DNA from: an uncultured Candidatus Saccharibacteria bacterium
GTDB lineage: Bacteria > Patescibacteriota > Doudnabacteria > UBA920
Reading direction: 5' to 3'
Assembly (NCBI GenBank): GCA_964512925.1
Contig: CAZEKH010000001.1
Span: forward strand, 200,226-264,225
Length of the DNA stretch: 64,000 nucleotides
Part shown: positions 21,069 through 31,268 of the stretch, piece after piece
Numbering within the stretch: the stretch's first letter is position 1
Layout of the letters: every line of letters starts with the position of its first letter
Notes under the pieces: generated by a model
Database searches by the model: none
Told to the model about the DNA's origin: nothing
The model's input: only the letters and a program-made list of their open reading frames with translations
Made by a program: the position numbers and the translations under genes

Positions 21069-21099
21069 GCGGCCGACAGTGCGTTCGGCCGCCGCTTTT

Positions 21100-22413
21100 T
21101 TATTTTAAAGTACTTTCTTTTTCCCCGATTTTTTCTAGGATTTTTTTTGACTCTTCGGGCGTGGCTGGACGGGGCGTGGAAAAGTTTTCTATGATTACCG
21201 GAATTAGTTCTATTGAGTCAAGTTTAGCAGGAGTTTTTGTTCCCTGAAGCTCATTTTGTCCGCCAGCTGGCGGATTGATTTTTGCCTGCCCGCCTTGTGC
21301 GTTCGGGCGGGATATTTGAATTTTTAAAGCTAGTCCTTCTTTGGTTTCCTGACTCCACTCTTGGTCAAAGATGAAGTTGCCGAGAGAGTAGAAGATATAT
21401 TTGGGGTTTGGGCATTGTGTTTTATCAACCTCTCCCCCCGCCATCCCTTCTTGAGGGGAGGGAGTTTCTTGAATCCCCCTCGCCTCTTGAGGAGAGGGGT
21501 TAGGGGAGAGGTTGTCTTTCGCGCAATACCTCTCTATAGTCTGCACCCAGTGAGGGTGAGCGCCGATGACTATGTCTGCCCCGTAGTCTATGGCGCTGTG
21601 GGCAAAGTCAATTTGGGACTGGTTGGGCGTGCGGGTGTATTCTGTTCCGGCGTGCATTGTAGCCACGACAAAATCGCAAAGCGATTTTGAATACTCAATA
21701 TTCAACTTTAAATTTTCAATATCTTCTATCCTGGCTACGAAATCATTCATTATTTTACCCCCGTCATTTACAGAGGAGTAGGAAGCCCCGACAAAACAAA
21801 TTTTTATCCCGTTTTTTTCTAACATAGCAGGCTGCCAGGCCTCTTTTATATTACTTCCTGTTCCCATATGCTTGATACCCGCATCATTCAATTTTTGTAT
21901 AGTTAGGTCCAGCCCGGTTTTTAGTTGGTCTAACGCATGGTTATTGGCCAAGTTCAAAACCTCAAAATTATATTTTTTTAATATATCAACAGAAGAAGTG
22001 GCAGCGCCGAAGACCAGGGAGCTGCCGCCGATTACAGCTTTTTTTGCCAAAGGACTTTCCAGGTTGCCGAAAGCAAAATCTGCGGATTTGAGCTGTTCAG
22101 CCATTTTTAAAAAAGGCAGTTCTGGATCGCCGAATTCTTTGGCTTTAAGGGCAACCTTGCGGGAGAGGATGATATCGCCGACCGCAAGGAAACTTGCGGA
22201 TGTTGTTTTGGGTTCTGTTTTTTCGCCTCTGAGCTCCTGCCCTTTTTTATAAAAAGCCAAAAGGTCGTTTTGCAAATCGCCTGTTTGGGCAGTGGTCGGC
22301 AGGCCTGTAAAGTCATTTTCATTGCTGCGTAAAAGTCCCAAGAGAGCCGCTAGCGCTAAAATACTCGCCACTATAATAGAAATAATTTTTGTTTTTGACA
22401 TAGTTGTAATCAA
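21100..22413 (-). CDS. CapA/PGA_cap family metallophosphoesterase
   Basis: AVGDI, GNLESP, LANNHALD, HAGTEY, GAHPHW, YSLGNFIFDQ. Confidence 0.9.
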   Translation of the reverse strand: MITTMSKTKIISIIVASILALAALLGLLRSNENDFTGLPTTAQTGDLQNDLLAFYKKGQELRGEKTEPKTTSASFLAVGDIILSRKVALKAKEFGDPELPFLKMAEQLKSADFAFGNLESPLAKKAVIGGSSLVFGAATSSVDILKKYNFEVLNLANNHALDQLKTGLDLTIQKLNDAGIKHMGTGSNIKEAWQPAMLEKNGIKICFVGASYSSVNDGGKIMNDFVARIEDIENLKLNIEYSKSLCDFVVATMHAGTEYTRTPNQSQIDFAHSAIDYGADIVIGAHPHWVQTIERYCAKDNLSPNPSPQEARGIQETPSPQEGMAGGEVDKTQCPNPKYIFYSLGNFIFDQEWSQETKEGLALKIQISRPNAQGGQAKINPPAGGQNELQGTKTPAKLDSIELIPVIIENFSTPRPATPEESKKILEKIGEKESTLK

Positions 22414-22481
22414 AATATTTCGTTATCTCCCGCATTTTTTGTACGGAAAATATTAGAAATTAGAATAATTTATTGTCCAGT

Positions 22482-23576
22482 TTATCTGGACAATATGTAT
22501 TGCTGTCCTCCCATATTTCTCACTTTGCCTTTCATTTCCAAAAAAGTCAATGCCGAAGTTGCCAGCCTTGCGTTTAACCCGGAGTCTTTGATCAGCTGGT
22601 CAAGCAGTTTAGGTTCTTTGGACAAGACTGCCAGAATGGATTTTTCTTCAACACTGAGGTCAAAAAGATTTTGCGCTTCCTCGTTTTCCGGCAGAGCTTG
22701 AATGTTTAGGTCTTCAAGGATGTCCGAGGCTTTGGTAACTGGTTTGGCGCCCATCTTTAAAAGGTTATTAGGGCCTTCTGACATCGGGGAGTATATGGGT
22801 CCGGGCACGGCAAAGACCTGGCGGTTTTGTTCCAGCGCGTGGCGGGCTGTGATTAGGCTGCCTGAGTCAAGCCCGCATTCTACCACCAAAGTAGCTGAAG
22901 ACATCCCGGAGATAATGCGGTTTCTGGAAATAAAATGGTGTTGGAGATTTGGAGTTTTAGGCGGGTATTCTGACAACAGAGCTCCGCCGGTTTCAATGAT
23001 TTGCTGAGCCAGCAGTTGGTGATGCTTTGGGTAAACGCTTTGTTCGTCCACGCCGCCGCCTAACACAGCCATAGTCCTTTTTCCGGCTTTGACCGCGGTT
23101 TCGTGCGCCAGCGCATCCACGCCAAAAGCCAGGCCGGAAACTATGGTTGCGCCCTGTCGGCAAAGCGGTAAAACTAAATCCGGCGTTACTGTCCGGCCGT
23201 AAGTCGTGATTTTTCTTGAGCCTACCACAGCCACGCAGAGTTCCTCGGTGTTTTCCATTTTACCCCTGACATATAACAGGGGAGGGAGGTCGGGGATCTC
23301 CAGTAAAAGTTTGGGATAGTTTTCAGACTTAAAATCTATTATTTGGATGTTTTGTAAATCGAGTTTTTCTTTTTCTTTTTCCAAATCCAAGGAGGATTTA
23401 AGTTTCAGCCATTCCTCTATAATAGAGTTTTCGAGCCCGGCTTGTTGTAACTGCTCTGCTTTGGCGTTAAATGCTGATTTAAAATCATTGTGAAAATACC
23501 GGCAAATACGCATTAGCCTTGTCGGGCCTATGGAAGGGATAAGTTTAAACGCGTGCAAAAATATGGAATTATTCAT
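22482..23576 (-). CDS. dprA: DNA-protecting protein DprA
   Basis: AVVGSRK, IVSGLAFGVD, RNRIISG, SGSLITA, VFAVPG. Confidence 0.97.
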   Translation of the reverse strand: MNNSIFLHAFKLIPSIGPTRLMRICRYFHNDFKSAFNAKAEQLQQAGLENSIIEEWLKLKSSLDLEKEKEKLDLQNIQIIDFKSENYPKLLLEIPDLPPLLYVRGKMENTEELCVAVVGSRKITTYGRTVTPDLVLPLCRQGATIVSGLAFGVDALAHETAVKAGKRTMAVLGGGVDEQSVYPKHHQLLAQQIIETGGALLSEYPPKTPNLQHHFISRNRIISGMSSATLVVECGLDSGSLITARHALEQNRQVFAVPGPIYSPMSEGPNNLLKMGAKPVTKASDILEDLNIQALPENEEAQNLFDLSVEEKSILAVLSKEPKLLDQLIKDSGLNARLATSALTFLEMKGKVRNMGGQQYILSR

Positions 23577-23613
23577 TTTTGCTTTTATTTAAAAAGGAAA
23601 ACAAGAAAGAGTC

Positions 23614-23642
23614 TTGACAAAATGCTGTAAAAGGGATATAAT
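23614..23642 (+). promoter_or_regulatory. Consensus sigma70 promoter
   Basis: TTGACA-17 bp-TATAAT. Confidence 0.85.
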
Positions 23643-23648
23643 ATTATA

Positions 23649-23835
23649 TCAAATAAATACTTTTGTAGTTTCTGCCCTGTCTGTAGGTTGCGAAACTTTG
23701 GTGACATCCCTCCTAACACCAGAGTCTTAGCCCCAAGTAAAGGTACTAAAGCGATTGCTTTATGCTTTTCACCTGCAGGTGGGGTAGAGAATACAATTTA
23801 AAATCCCATACCGATATCTGTCGGGATGGGATTTT
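23649..23835 (+). ncRNA. Candidate small structured RNA with an anti-SD loop
   Basis: Perfect promoter; ~25-bp closing stem; hairpin ACTTTGGTG/CACCAGAGT with CCCTCCT in the loop; terminator 23800-23835; no ORF-track CDS. Confidence 0.55.
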
Positions 23836-24400
23836 ATAAATTTAAAAATTTTTTTATTTCCAGTTCAATTTTTGGAAAGACTTCTTTCTGCAGCTGTTCC
23901 AGCTCAGTTTGTAAGAAATTTTGTAATACAAAGGCTTCTGTGGGCAAGATGGTTTTCTCCAGCCTGGATTCAACCCCAATCCTGAGGCGCTGAAAATCCT
24001 GAGTGCCTAAGTGTTCGATTATGCTTTTTATGCCGTTGTGTCCGGCTGCGGAAGAGGAGTGGGTATGGCGGATTTTTCCAAGAGGTAAATCTATTTCATC
24101 CTGTAACACTAACAGATCTTTTGTATAATTAAGTTTATAGAAATCGCAAATTTCTTTAACTGCTTTTCCCGACTCATTCATATAAGTTTGGGGTTTAACA
24201 ACTATTACCCCTCCTCTTAAGGTAAGAGGAGGTAGGGGGGAGTTATGAATCTCCAAAATTTCAGAATGGAATTTTTTTTCCCAATTTGCATTCTGCAATT
24301 TAAATTCTGCAATCAAAAAATCCAAAGCCAGCCACCCGACGTTGTGCCTAGTGTTTTTATATTTTTCTCCCGGATTGCCCAATGCAACAATGATTTTCAT
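23834..24400 (-). CDS. pth: Peptidyl-tRNA hydrolase with palindromic insertion
   Basis: LGNPGEKY..TRHNVG, KPQTYMNESG, GHNGIKSI, RLRIGV. Confidence 0.97.
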   Translation of the reverse strand: MKIIVALGNPGEKYKNTRHNVGWLALDFLIAEFKLQNANWEKKFHSEILEIHNSPLPPLTLRGGVIVVKPQTYMNESGKAVKEICDFYKLNYTKDLLVLQDEIDLPLGKIRHTHSSSAAGHNGIKSIIEHLGTQDFQRLRIGVESRLEKTILPTEAFVLQNFLQTELEQLQKEVFPKIELEIKKFLNL

Positions 24401-24477
24401 AAATAATATTTTGGATTTGCTTTTGAAATTATAACTCTTTTTGCTAATCGCTACCCTTACTACCCACTATTTACTAA

Positions 24478-25875
24478 CTATTTTTTATCTTTACCTAAAA
24501 GTTTTAGTTTTATCGGTGTGCCCCAGAAGCCCAGTTCTTTGATGATGGCATTTTCCAGAAATTTTCTAAATTGCATTGAGATGGCGGCAGGATGATTGAC
24601 GTAGAGCTGGAACATCGGCGGATTGGTTTCCAGCTGGCTAAGCGAAAAGACTTTGGGAGTTTTCTGGTCGCGCAAAAGTTTGGGCGGATTGGTTTTGAGT
24701 TTTTGTTGTAAAAAACTGTCCAGCTCGGTTTGCTCAATGTTTTTATGGCGCGCTTCAAAGATGGGCTTAACCGCTTTTAGCGCTTCGTCTAGGCCTTCGC
24801 CGGTTTTGGCTGAAACAAAAAACATCGGGCAAAGCCAAAGGAAAGGGAAATGATGGGACACCAAATCGCGGAGCGTCTGATAGCTGTCGTCGGTTTTGCC
24901 TTTTTGGTTTTTGCTTTTTTTTGCAGTTTTAGACGACAGGGGAACGGCAGAGTCGTAAGCGTCAATTTTGTTGGCGAGTATGACGCATCCTTTGTCCATA
25001 GCAAAAATTTCCTGCGCCACTCTTTGGTCTTGCTTTGTGATAGGCTCGTTGGTGTCTATGACAAACAAACAAACATCTGATCTGCGGATGGATTTGAAAG
25101 TTTGAAAACCCGAGAAGACATCCGGCTGTTCCTGACGGTGTTCTTTTTTCTTTAAGCCCGCAGTGTCAATAAAATTAAAAATAGTATCGCCGATTTTAAT
25201 CCGGCTGTCCACGGAATTGCGCGTGGTGCCGGGAACGGCTGAAACCACGGAACGTTCGTCTTTGAGGATTTTGTTAAACAAGCTGGACTTGCCCACGTTG
25301 GGCTTGCCCACAATGGCAACTGATATCATATTGGGCGTGGTTTCGGGGCCTGGAATTTCCTTTACGAATTTTTCCGCCGCTTCAGCCAAAGCGTCCAAAA
25401 GATCGCCCACGCCAAGACCGCTGATAGCAGAAACTGCAAACATCTTTTTTACGCCCAATTTTCTAAATTCCAAAAGATCAAAATCCCGTTTTTTTGGCGA
25501 GTCAAGTTTGTTGACTGCCAGGACAACCGGTTTTTTGGAGTTGCGGAATTTTTTTAAAAGCGGCGCGCTCAGCCTCCTGGCTGGCTCTTTGCCGTCCATT
25601 ATCAAAAGTATGATGTCGGCTTCTTCAATCGCGATATCTACTTGTTTTAACACATTGGTTTCCAGTTCATCTGAAGCCCTGTCCGACAGTCCGGCCGTGT
25701 CAGCCAAAACAAAATCAACCCCGTTCCAGGAGGTTTCTACATATTGGCGGTCGCGGGTGGTGCCAGCCACTTCGGAAGTGATGGCTAAAGGTTTGCCGGC
25801 GATTTTATTTAACAAAGTGGATTTGCCGGCGTTTGGCGGACCAACGATGGCAATGATGGGTTTTTTGAGCGCCAT
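24478..25875 (-). CDS. der: Ribosome biogenesis GTPase Der/EngA
   Basis: Two G domains (GPPNAGKS, GKPNVGKS, two DTAG) plus a KH-like tail. Confidence 0.96.
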   Translation of the reverse strand: MALKKPIIAIVGPPNAGKSTLLNKIAGKPLAITSEVAGTTRDRQYVETSWNGVDFVLADTAGLSDRASDELETNVLKQVDIAIEEADIILLIMDGKEPARRLSAPLLKKFRNSKKPVVLAVNKLDSPKKRDFDLLEFRKLGVKKMFAVSAISGLGVGDLLDALAEAAEKFVKEIPGPETTPNMISVAIVGKPNVGKSSLFNKILKDERSVVSAVPGTTRNSVDSRIKIGDTIFNFIDTAGLKKKEHRQEQPDVFSGFQTFKSIRRSDVCLFVIDTNEPITKQDQRVAQEIFAMDKGCVILANKIDAYDSAVPLSSKTAKKSKNQKGKTDDSYQTLRDLVSHHFPFLWLCPMFFVSAKTGEGLDEALKAVKPIFEARHKNIEQTELDSFLQQKLKTNPPKLLRDQKTPKVFSLSQLETNPPMFQLYVNHPAAISMQFRKFLENAIIKELGFWGTPIKLKLLGKDKK

Positions 25876-25920
25876 AGAAATTGACAGCTTTCTTTAAATG
25901 CCGTTATTACAATATATAAC

Positions 25921-27342
25921 CTAATTGTCCCCGAGAATGATGATAATGTCAACCTTTTTCGGGTCAACCTTCATCCCCGGAGGGGGCAGGAAAACTTCGG
26001 CGGCGGAAAGTTTATTTTTTAAAATTTGCGCGCTGGCGGGTTTGGGCGTGGCTTGGTAGACGATATCCGCAAAAATCGGTTTTTCCGGCGTGTAGATAAA
26101 CTCATAAACAGTATAACCTTCTTGGGTTAAAAGATCGTAAGTTTTTTTAAACCGGGTTTTGCCCGCGCTGGCGTCAGCCAGCCAGATGACAGGCTGTTCT
26201 TTTTTTGCTTCGGCGGCGTATAAGCTGTTTTTAAAAAAATTCCAAATATCACTTTGATTTTTGCCCGGACAAGTAAACAACACCCAAGCCCCGCTGGCTT
26301 CTAAAATTTTAGGACAGACCAGGCCGGTTTGTTCGTCCAGGCTTAAAGACAGCAAATTTTCTCCTTTGAGATTTTTGGTCAAAGAGTATAATCTCAGGAT
26401 TTCTTGCGGTCTGAGGTTGGTATGGAAATGATTTGCAAAAGTATTTAAAAGCGCATTCACTTTACCCACATCTGTCAGCAGATTCAGATCGTATAATTTT
26501 GTTTTAAAGGCTGAGATGACTTTTTGCTGTCTGAGGCTTCGGGCGTAGTCCGAGCCTTCGTTGTTGTTGCCGTGACGTGAACGGGCAAATTGCAAAGCTC
26601 TTTTGCCGTTCATATGCTCCGGCCCTTTGTTAAAAGTCAGCGGCGGCAAGTAGCCTAAAGTATCGTTCGGGAATTCCGCGTCCGTAAAAGTCCTGTCAAT
26701 ATAAATATCCAGTCCGCCTATTTTGTCCACGCCGTTTTCAAACCCGCTGAAATCAACCACCGCAAAATAGGGGATTTTCATCCCGCTTACATCTTCTGCG
26801 GACGCCAGCGCCCATTCTCCGGCTCTGGCAAAGTTTTTATCTTTGCCCAAGCCTTCGGCAAAAGCCGAATTGATTTTTTGCATACCCAAATCCGGATTTT
26901 TCAGCCTGGCTAAAAGATCTCTAGGGATGGAGGTTAAAACCGCCTTGCCGGTTTTGGGCTGGATTTGCGCCAAGATGATGGTATCTGTCAGATATGGGCC
27001 TTCGTGGTTTTCTCCGCCTATGCCTAAAACCAGAATGTTTATGCGATCTTCGTTTTCGCCTTTGAGTACGGTGTCATTTTTGCCCGTAGCCGCGGAAAGC
27101 GCGATTTTCAGTTTGTCAAAAAAAGAGGTTTTATTGCCAACAAAAATTTTATCAGACAGGCTGAAAGTTTTTTGTACAAAAATAGCTGTTATGATTACAA
27201 AAAGAAGAAAAAGCCCGAGTAAGATTTTTTTAAACGGGATTTTTTTTCCTGCAGTTTTAGTCTGCGGCGGGATTTTTTTTTGAGTTGGCGGAGTATCGCT
27301 GATATGCACTTCCGGCGGCCGGATGGAGTCAAATTGGTTCAT
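25921..27342 (-). CDS. LCP (LytR-CpsA-Psr) family protein
   Basis: TM; INILVLG, LTDTII, SIPRDL, KINSA, ARSRH, DYARSLRQQ. Confidence 0.92.
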   Translation of the reverse strand: MNQFDSIRPPEVHISDTPPTQKKIPPQTKTAGKKIPFKKILLGLFLLFVIITAIFVQKTFSLSDKIFVGNKTSFFDKLKIALSAATGKNDTVLKGENEDRINILVLGIGGENHEGPYLTDTIILAQIQPKTGKAVLTSIPRDLLARLKNPDLGMQKINSAFAEGLGKDKNFARAGEWALASAEDVSGMKIPYFAVVDFSGFENGVDKIGGLDIYIDRTFTDAEFPNDTLGYLPPLTFNKGPEHMNGKRALQFARSRHGNNNEGSDYARSLRQQKVISAFKTKLYDLNLLTDVGKVNALLNTFANHFHTNLRPQEILRLYSLTKNLKGENLLSLSLDEQTGLVCPKILEASGAWVLFTCPGKNQSDIWNFFKNSLYAAEAKKEQPVIWLADASAGKTRFKKTYDLLTQEGYTVYEFIYTPEKPIFADIVYQATPKPASAQILKNKLSAAEVFLPPPGMKVDPKKVDIIIILGDN

Positions 27343-27424
27343 TTTACAGTATTGGTTAACTTTGATATTATACTCTAAATAATTTTCAAAATAAAGAGTT
27401 TTTGGAAGGTTATCCGGTTTTTAT

Positions 27425-27501
27425 GGACAATTAGCTCAGTTGGTTAGAGCGCGCCGTTCACATCGGCGAGGCCACTGGTTCGAGTCCAGTATTGTCCACC
27501 A
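27425..27501 (+). tRNA. tRNA-Val (CAC)
   Basis: Cloverleaf; anticodon arm CGCCG-TTCACAT-CGGCG; encoded CCA. Confidence 0.95.
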
Positions 27502-27830
27502 CGCTTAGCGTGGTGAATGGTACGCTCAGCGTACCCACCATATACCACTCGATGACTCGGGTATATGGCACTGCCAATATAAGTAGAAAGTTTGTAAAGT
27601 TATTCCTGCAGAGCAGGATCACGCTTTGTGTGAAAAGTTTTTTCTTTCGACATTACGGGCTTGATAAATTTTTAACAATTTAGTGACTCGCTTTCTGATT
27701 TTTTATAAAAAAAGCCATAAATTTATTCATAAGGGCTTGACTTTGTTCAGATCCTAAGTAAAATATATACACTTGTCGTAAAATAAATCTTTCTTTTATT
27801 TTTTGCGACTTATCTAAAGCAGAAATTTTT

Positions 27831-28430
27831 ATGGAGACTGAAACAAACACTCAAAATTTTTCGCAAAAACCGCCGGTTTTCCAAGTAGGAGCATTTTTTT
27901 GGGACTTATTTAAAATTTTAGTCATAGCTTTTGCCATCATTATCCCTTTTCGCACCTTTATCGCCGAACCTTTCGTGGTTTCCGGTTCTTCAATGGTGCC
28001 CAATTTTCACGACAAAGATTATTTGGTAATAGACCGTATTTCTTATCTGGCAAAAGAAGATCCTAAAAGGGGAGATGTGGTGGTGTTAAAATTTCCCAAA
28101 GACACCAGCCAGTATTTCATTAAGCGCATTATTGGTTTGCCCGGCGAAAGGGTTGCTTTTCAGAGCGGGGATGTTTATATTTTTAACAAAGAGCGTCCCG
28201 AAGGTTTTCGTTTGGATGAATCTTATATACCCAAAGGCGTAGAAACTCTCGGCCAAAGCAATAATTTAACTCTAGGCACGGATGAATTTTTTGTTTTGGG
28301 TGACAACAGGACCCAGAGTTCTGATTCCAGGGTCTGGGGTATTTTGCCCAGGGAAGACATAGTGGGGAAAGTTTTTTTGCGGGTTCTGCCGCCTAAAAAT
28401 TTTGGAACTTTTAAGCAGCCTCAGTATTAA
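27831..28430 (+). CDS. lepB: Signal peptidase I
   Basis: SGSSMVPN, IKRIIGLPGE, GDNRTQSSDSR. Confidence 0.96.
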   Translation: METETNTQNFSQKPPVFQVGAFFWDLFKILVIAFAIIIPFRTFIAEPFVVSGSSMVPNFHDKDYLVIDRISYLAKEDPKRGDVVVLKFPKDTSQYFIKRIIGLPGERVAFQSGDVYIFNKERPEGFRLDESYIPKGVETLGQSNNLTLGTDEFFVLGDNRTQSSDSRVWGILPREDIVGKVFLRVLPPKNFGTFKQPQY

Positions 28431-28447
28431 AACCTAACTTTTCAAAT

Positions 28448-29746
28448 ATGGGAAGACCAAAAAAAAATATTGCAGCCACTGACAGCCCGCCGGTAAAAAA
28501 AGTTGAAAGTCTGGAAGGCAGTTTGGATATTCTCACTTCCACCGATCTGATTTGGGATTTGATACTAAAAAGATTGTCAAAAATTTCCCGCACTTATGGG
28601 TTTTTAAAAACCGAAACTCCGTGCTTTGAAGACGCCAGGCTGTATGAAAATTTTTTTCAAAAACAGCTTTCCGAGCTTTCCCACTTGGTTTTTTTTGAAC
28701 AGAAAAACAAACACGCGGCATTTCGTCCGCAGATTTTGCCGTCAGTGCTTCGCGCTTTCTGCGAGCGTAAGGTTTTAGAACAGTCCCCGATGGAAAAGTG
28801 GTCTTATTCGGGCCAGACATATCAGAAGATGCTGGACGGTCAACTGAAAGAGGGGTATGAGTTTGGGTTTGAGGTTTTGGGGAATTTCAACCATTTAACC
28901 GAAGCTCAAACTTTGGCAGCAGCCTGGGAATTTTTTTCTTCCCTGGGACTTCCCGATTTGGTGATAGAGATCAACCATATTGGAGACGCGGCATGCCAGC
29001 GGGCGTACGGAGAAAGTTTAGGCGAATATTTGCGCGGCAGAAAATATGAGCTGTGCGACAACTGCAACGACCATTTAAACGGCCGAGTGCTCAATGTTTT
29101 AAGATGCAGCAATCTGGATTGCCAGTCTGTCGCTTCAGAGTCCCCAAGTGTTTTGGATTTTTTGGATCCGGATTCGCACAAGCATTTTACTTCAATTTTG
29201 GAAGCCTTGGATGAAATTTCCGTGCCCTATCAGCTCAGCCCTTTATATGCCGGACCCGACGGTTACAGCAAGACCAATCTGGTTGTCAAATCTAAATATA
29301 AAAATCAAACCATAGTTTTGGGCGAAGCTGGTTATCACGACGACCTAATGAGCCAGGTTTATGGAAAAAATTATTGCTGTTTCGGTTTTGTTGGAAATTT
29401 GATGGCTGTATATCAGCTGTTGGAAGCGCAAAAAATTACCGTGGAAAAAAGCGGAGATAGTGAAGTATATTTGGTGCCTTTGGGCGAGCTGGCTGCTAAA
29501 AAATCACTCCGTTTATTTACGGATCTCTTAAGGCACAAAGTCGGGGTGTATGACCATTTTGGCAGCGGGGGAGTAAAAAATCAGCTGAAAGCCGCTGAAG
29601 CTTTCAAAGTCCCGATCGCTTTGATTATGGGACAGAAGGAAGCTATGGACGAAATGGTGATTCTTAGAGATGTTAAAAGCGGGATGCAGGAAATTATTTC
29701 CTATGATAAAATTGTTGATGAAGTAAAAAAACGTCTTGGACGGTAG
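28448..29746 (+). CDS. Histidyl-tRNA synthetase-like protein with degenerate catalytic motifs
   Basis: HisRS layout with C-terminal anticodon-binding domain; RGLDYY, GGRYD and motif 2 not conserved. Confidence 0.75.
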   Translation: MGRPKKNIAATDSPPVKKVESLEGSLDILTSTDLIWDLILKRLSKISRTYGFLKTETPCFEDARLYENFFQKQLSELSHLVFFEQKNKHAAFRPQILPSVLRAFCERKVLEQSPMEKWSYSGQTYQKMLDGQLKEGYEFGFEVLGNFNHLTEAQTLAAAWEFFSSLGLPDLVIEINHIGDAACQRAYGESLGEYLRGRKYELCDNCNDHLNGRVLNVLRCSNLDCQSVASESPSVLDFLDPDSHKHFTSILEALDEISVPYQLSPLYAGPDGYSKTNLVVKSKYKNQTIVLGEAGYHDDLMSQVYGKNYCCFGFVGNLMAVYQLLEAQKITVEKSGDSEVYLVPLGELAAKKSLRLFTDLLRHKVGVYDHFGSGGVKNQLKAAEAFKVPIALIMGQKEAMDEMVILRDVKSGMQEIISYDKIVDEVKKRLGR

Positions 29747-29847
29747 AAAAGTGAGATAAATTTTTAAGTTTGTGATTATGTTTTAAAGATTTCCGCAAAA
29801 GCGGAAAACAAAAATTTTTCATTTTGATTTTTTAATTTTAAATTTTT

Positions 29848-30183
29848 ATGAACGAATGCGTATTTTGCAACATTGCCAATAAAAGCTTGTCTTCGGAAAT
29901 TTTGTTTGAAAACGACCGCGTACTGGTTATCCGCGATATTTTGCCTAAAGCGCCGGTGCATCTGTTGATTTTACCGAAGGAGCATATTGTATCTATCAGT
30001 CATTTAAAAGATGAACAGGCTCCGCTGCTTGGCGAGATGATTGTTATTGCTCGGCAGATGGGCGAGAAATTCGGTGTTTCCGAAACCGGCTACAAGCTGA
30101 TGTTCAATGTAGGCAGGGACGGCGGCCAGGTTATTCCTCATCTCCACCTCCATCTTTTGGGTGGAAAAAATATGGGCGACTAG
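29848..30183 (+). CDS. HIT family nucleotide hydrolase (HinT-like)
   Basis: CVFC; GQVIPHLHLHLLGG. Confidence 0.95.
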   Translation: MNECVFCNIANKSLSSEILFENDRVLVIRDILPKAPVHLLILPKEHIVSISHLKDEQAPLLGEMIVIARQMGEKFGVSETGYKLMFNVGRDGGQVIPHLHLHLLGGKNMGD

Positions 30184-30376
30184 TTTTTACGAATACCTTT
30201 TTACGAATACGAATCCGCTTACTGGCGGAGTACGAAATTACGAAGTCAAATCAACTGCTTTGAATTTTCGTATGTTCGTAAATTTCGTATTCGTAAAGTT
30301 TACAGTTTGCCAAAATCCCATAACAATGTTAAAATGCATTCATAATTCTGATTGAAAGGAGAGTGAGTGTTTTTTT

Positions 30377-30616
30377 ATGGTCGAAGTTAAAAAGAAAGAT
30401 GGGGAATCTTTTGAATCCCTGCATCGCAGATTCAGCCGCAAGATCCAGCAAAGCGGCGTTTTGATCCGTGCCCGCAAAACCAGGTTTCATACCAGGGAAA
30501 AGTCCCGCAATTTGCAAAAAGTTGCTGCCCGAAGGCGCAGCAAAGTCCGGGAAGAAAAAGAAGAGCTGAAAAAACTCGGCAAATTTGTTCCAGTCCGCAA
30601 ATTTGGACGCAGATAA
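30377..30616 (+). CDS. rpsU: 30S ribosomal protein S21
   Basis: VEVKKKDGESFESLHRRFSRKIQQSGVL. Confidence 0.9.
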   Translation: MVEVKKKDGESFESLHRRFSRKIQQSGVLIRARKTRFHTREKSRNLQKVAARRRSKVREEKEELKKLGKFVPVRKFGRR

Positions 30617-30704
30617 GATTAATTTCTAATCATTCTAATTGCTCTAATCATCTAAATTATTATTAGAATAATTAGGGCAATTAGGTTAATTAGATATTTG
30701 AATT

Positions 30705-31178
30705 ATGATTGATTTAAAACAAATTGAAGAAGATTTAAAACAGGCAATGAAAATCAAAGATGCGGTTGCTTTGGGGACTTTGCGCGGACTTAAAACCCGG
30801 GTGCAAAACGAACAGGTGGCTAAAATATCCCGCGGAGCGGGATCCGCCTCTGGCGGAAGGGAAACTTTAACTGAAGATGAAATTTTTGCTTTGGTAAAAT
30901 CCGAAATTAAAAAGCGCAAAGAAGCGGCGGAAAGTTTTAAGGCCGGCGGACGCTCAGACGCTTATGAAAAAGAACTGGCTGAGGTTAAAATTTTAGAAAA
31001 ATATATGCCAACCCAGCTGTCTGAAGAAGAAATCGGTAAAATGGCGGAAGAGATTGTTTCCGCAAATTCTTTTACAGCTCAAGATTTTGGGAAAGCGATG
31101 GGTATGCTGAAAGCCAAAGTCGGCAACACTGCCGACGGCGCATTGGTAGCAAAAATTCTCAAAGAAAGATTAAAATAG
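30705..31178 (+). CDS. GatB/YqeY domain protein
   Basis: DLKQAMK, KKRKEAAESF, GKAMG, ADGALV. Confidence 0.9.
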   Translation: MIDLKQIEEDLKQAMKIKDAVALGTLRGLKTRVQNEQVAKISRGAGSASGGRETLTEDEIFALVKSEIKKRKEAAESFKAGGRSDAYEKELAEVKILEKYMPTQLSEEEIGKMAEEIVSANSFTAQDFGKAMGMLKAKVGNTADGALVAKILKERLK

Positions 31179-31268
31179 TTTTAGTTCCTGGTTAAAATAA
31201 AAATTTTTTACAGAGCACTTATAGGGTCAGTATTTGGATATCAGTGTTATCTGTGTATTTGTGATCAA

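Noticed and set aside
24880-24955. Lys-rich insertion in Der as a palindromic-repeat insertion
   Set aside because: No hairpin or similarity to the repeat families
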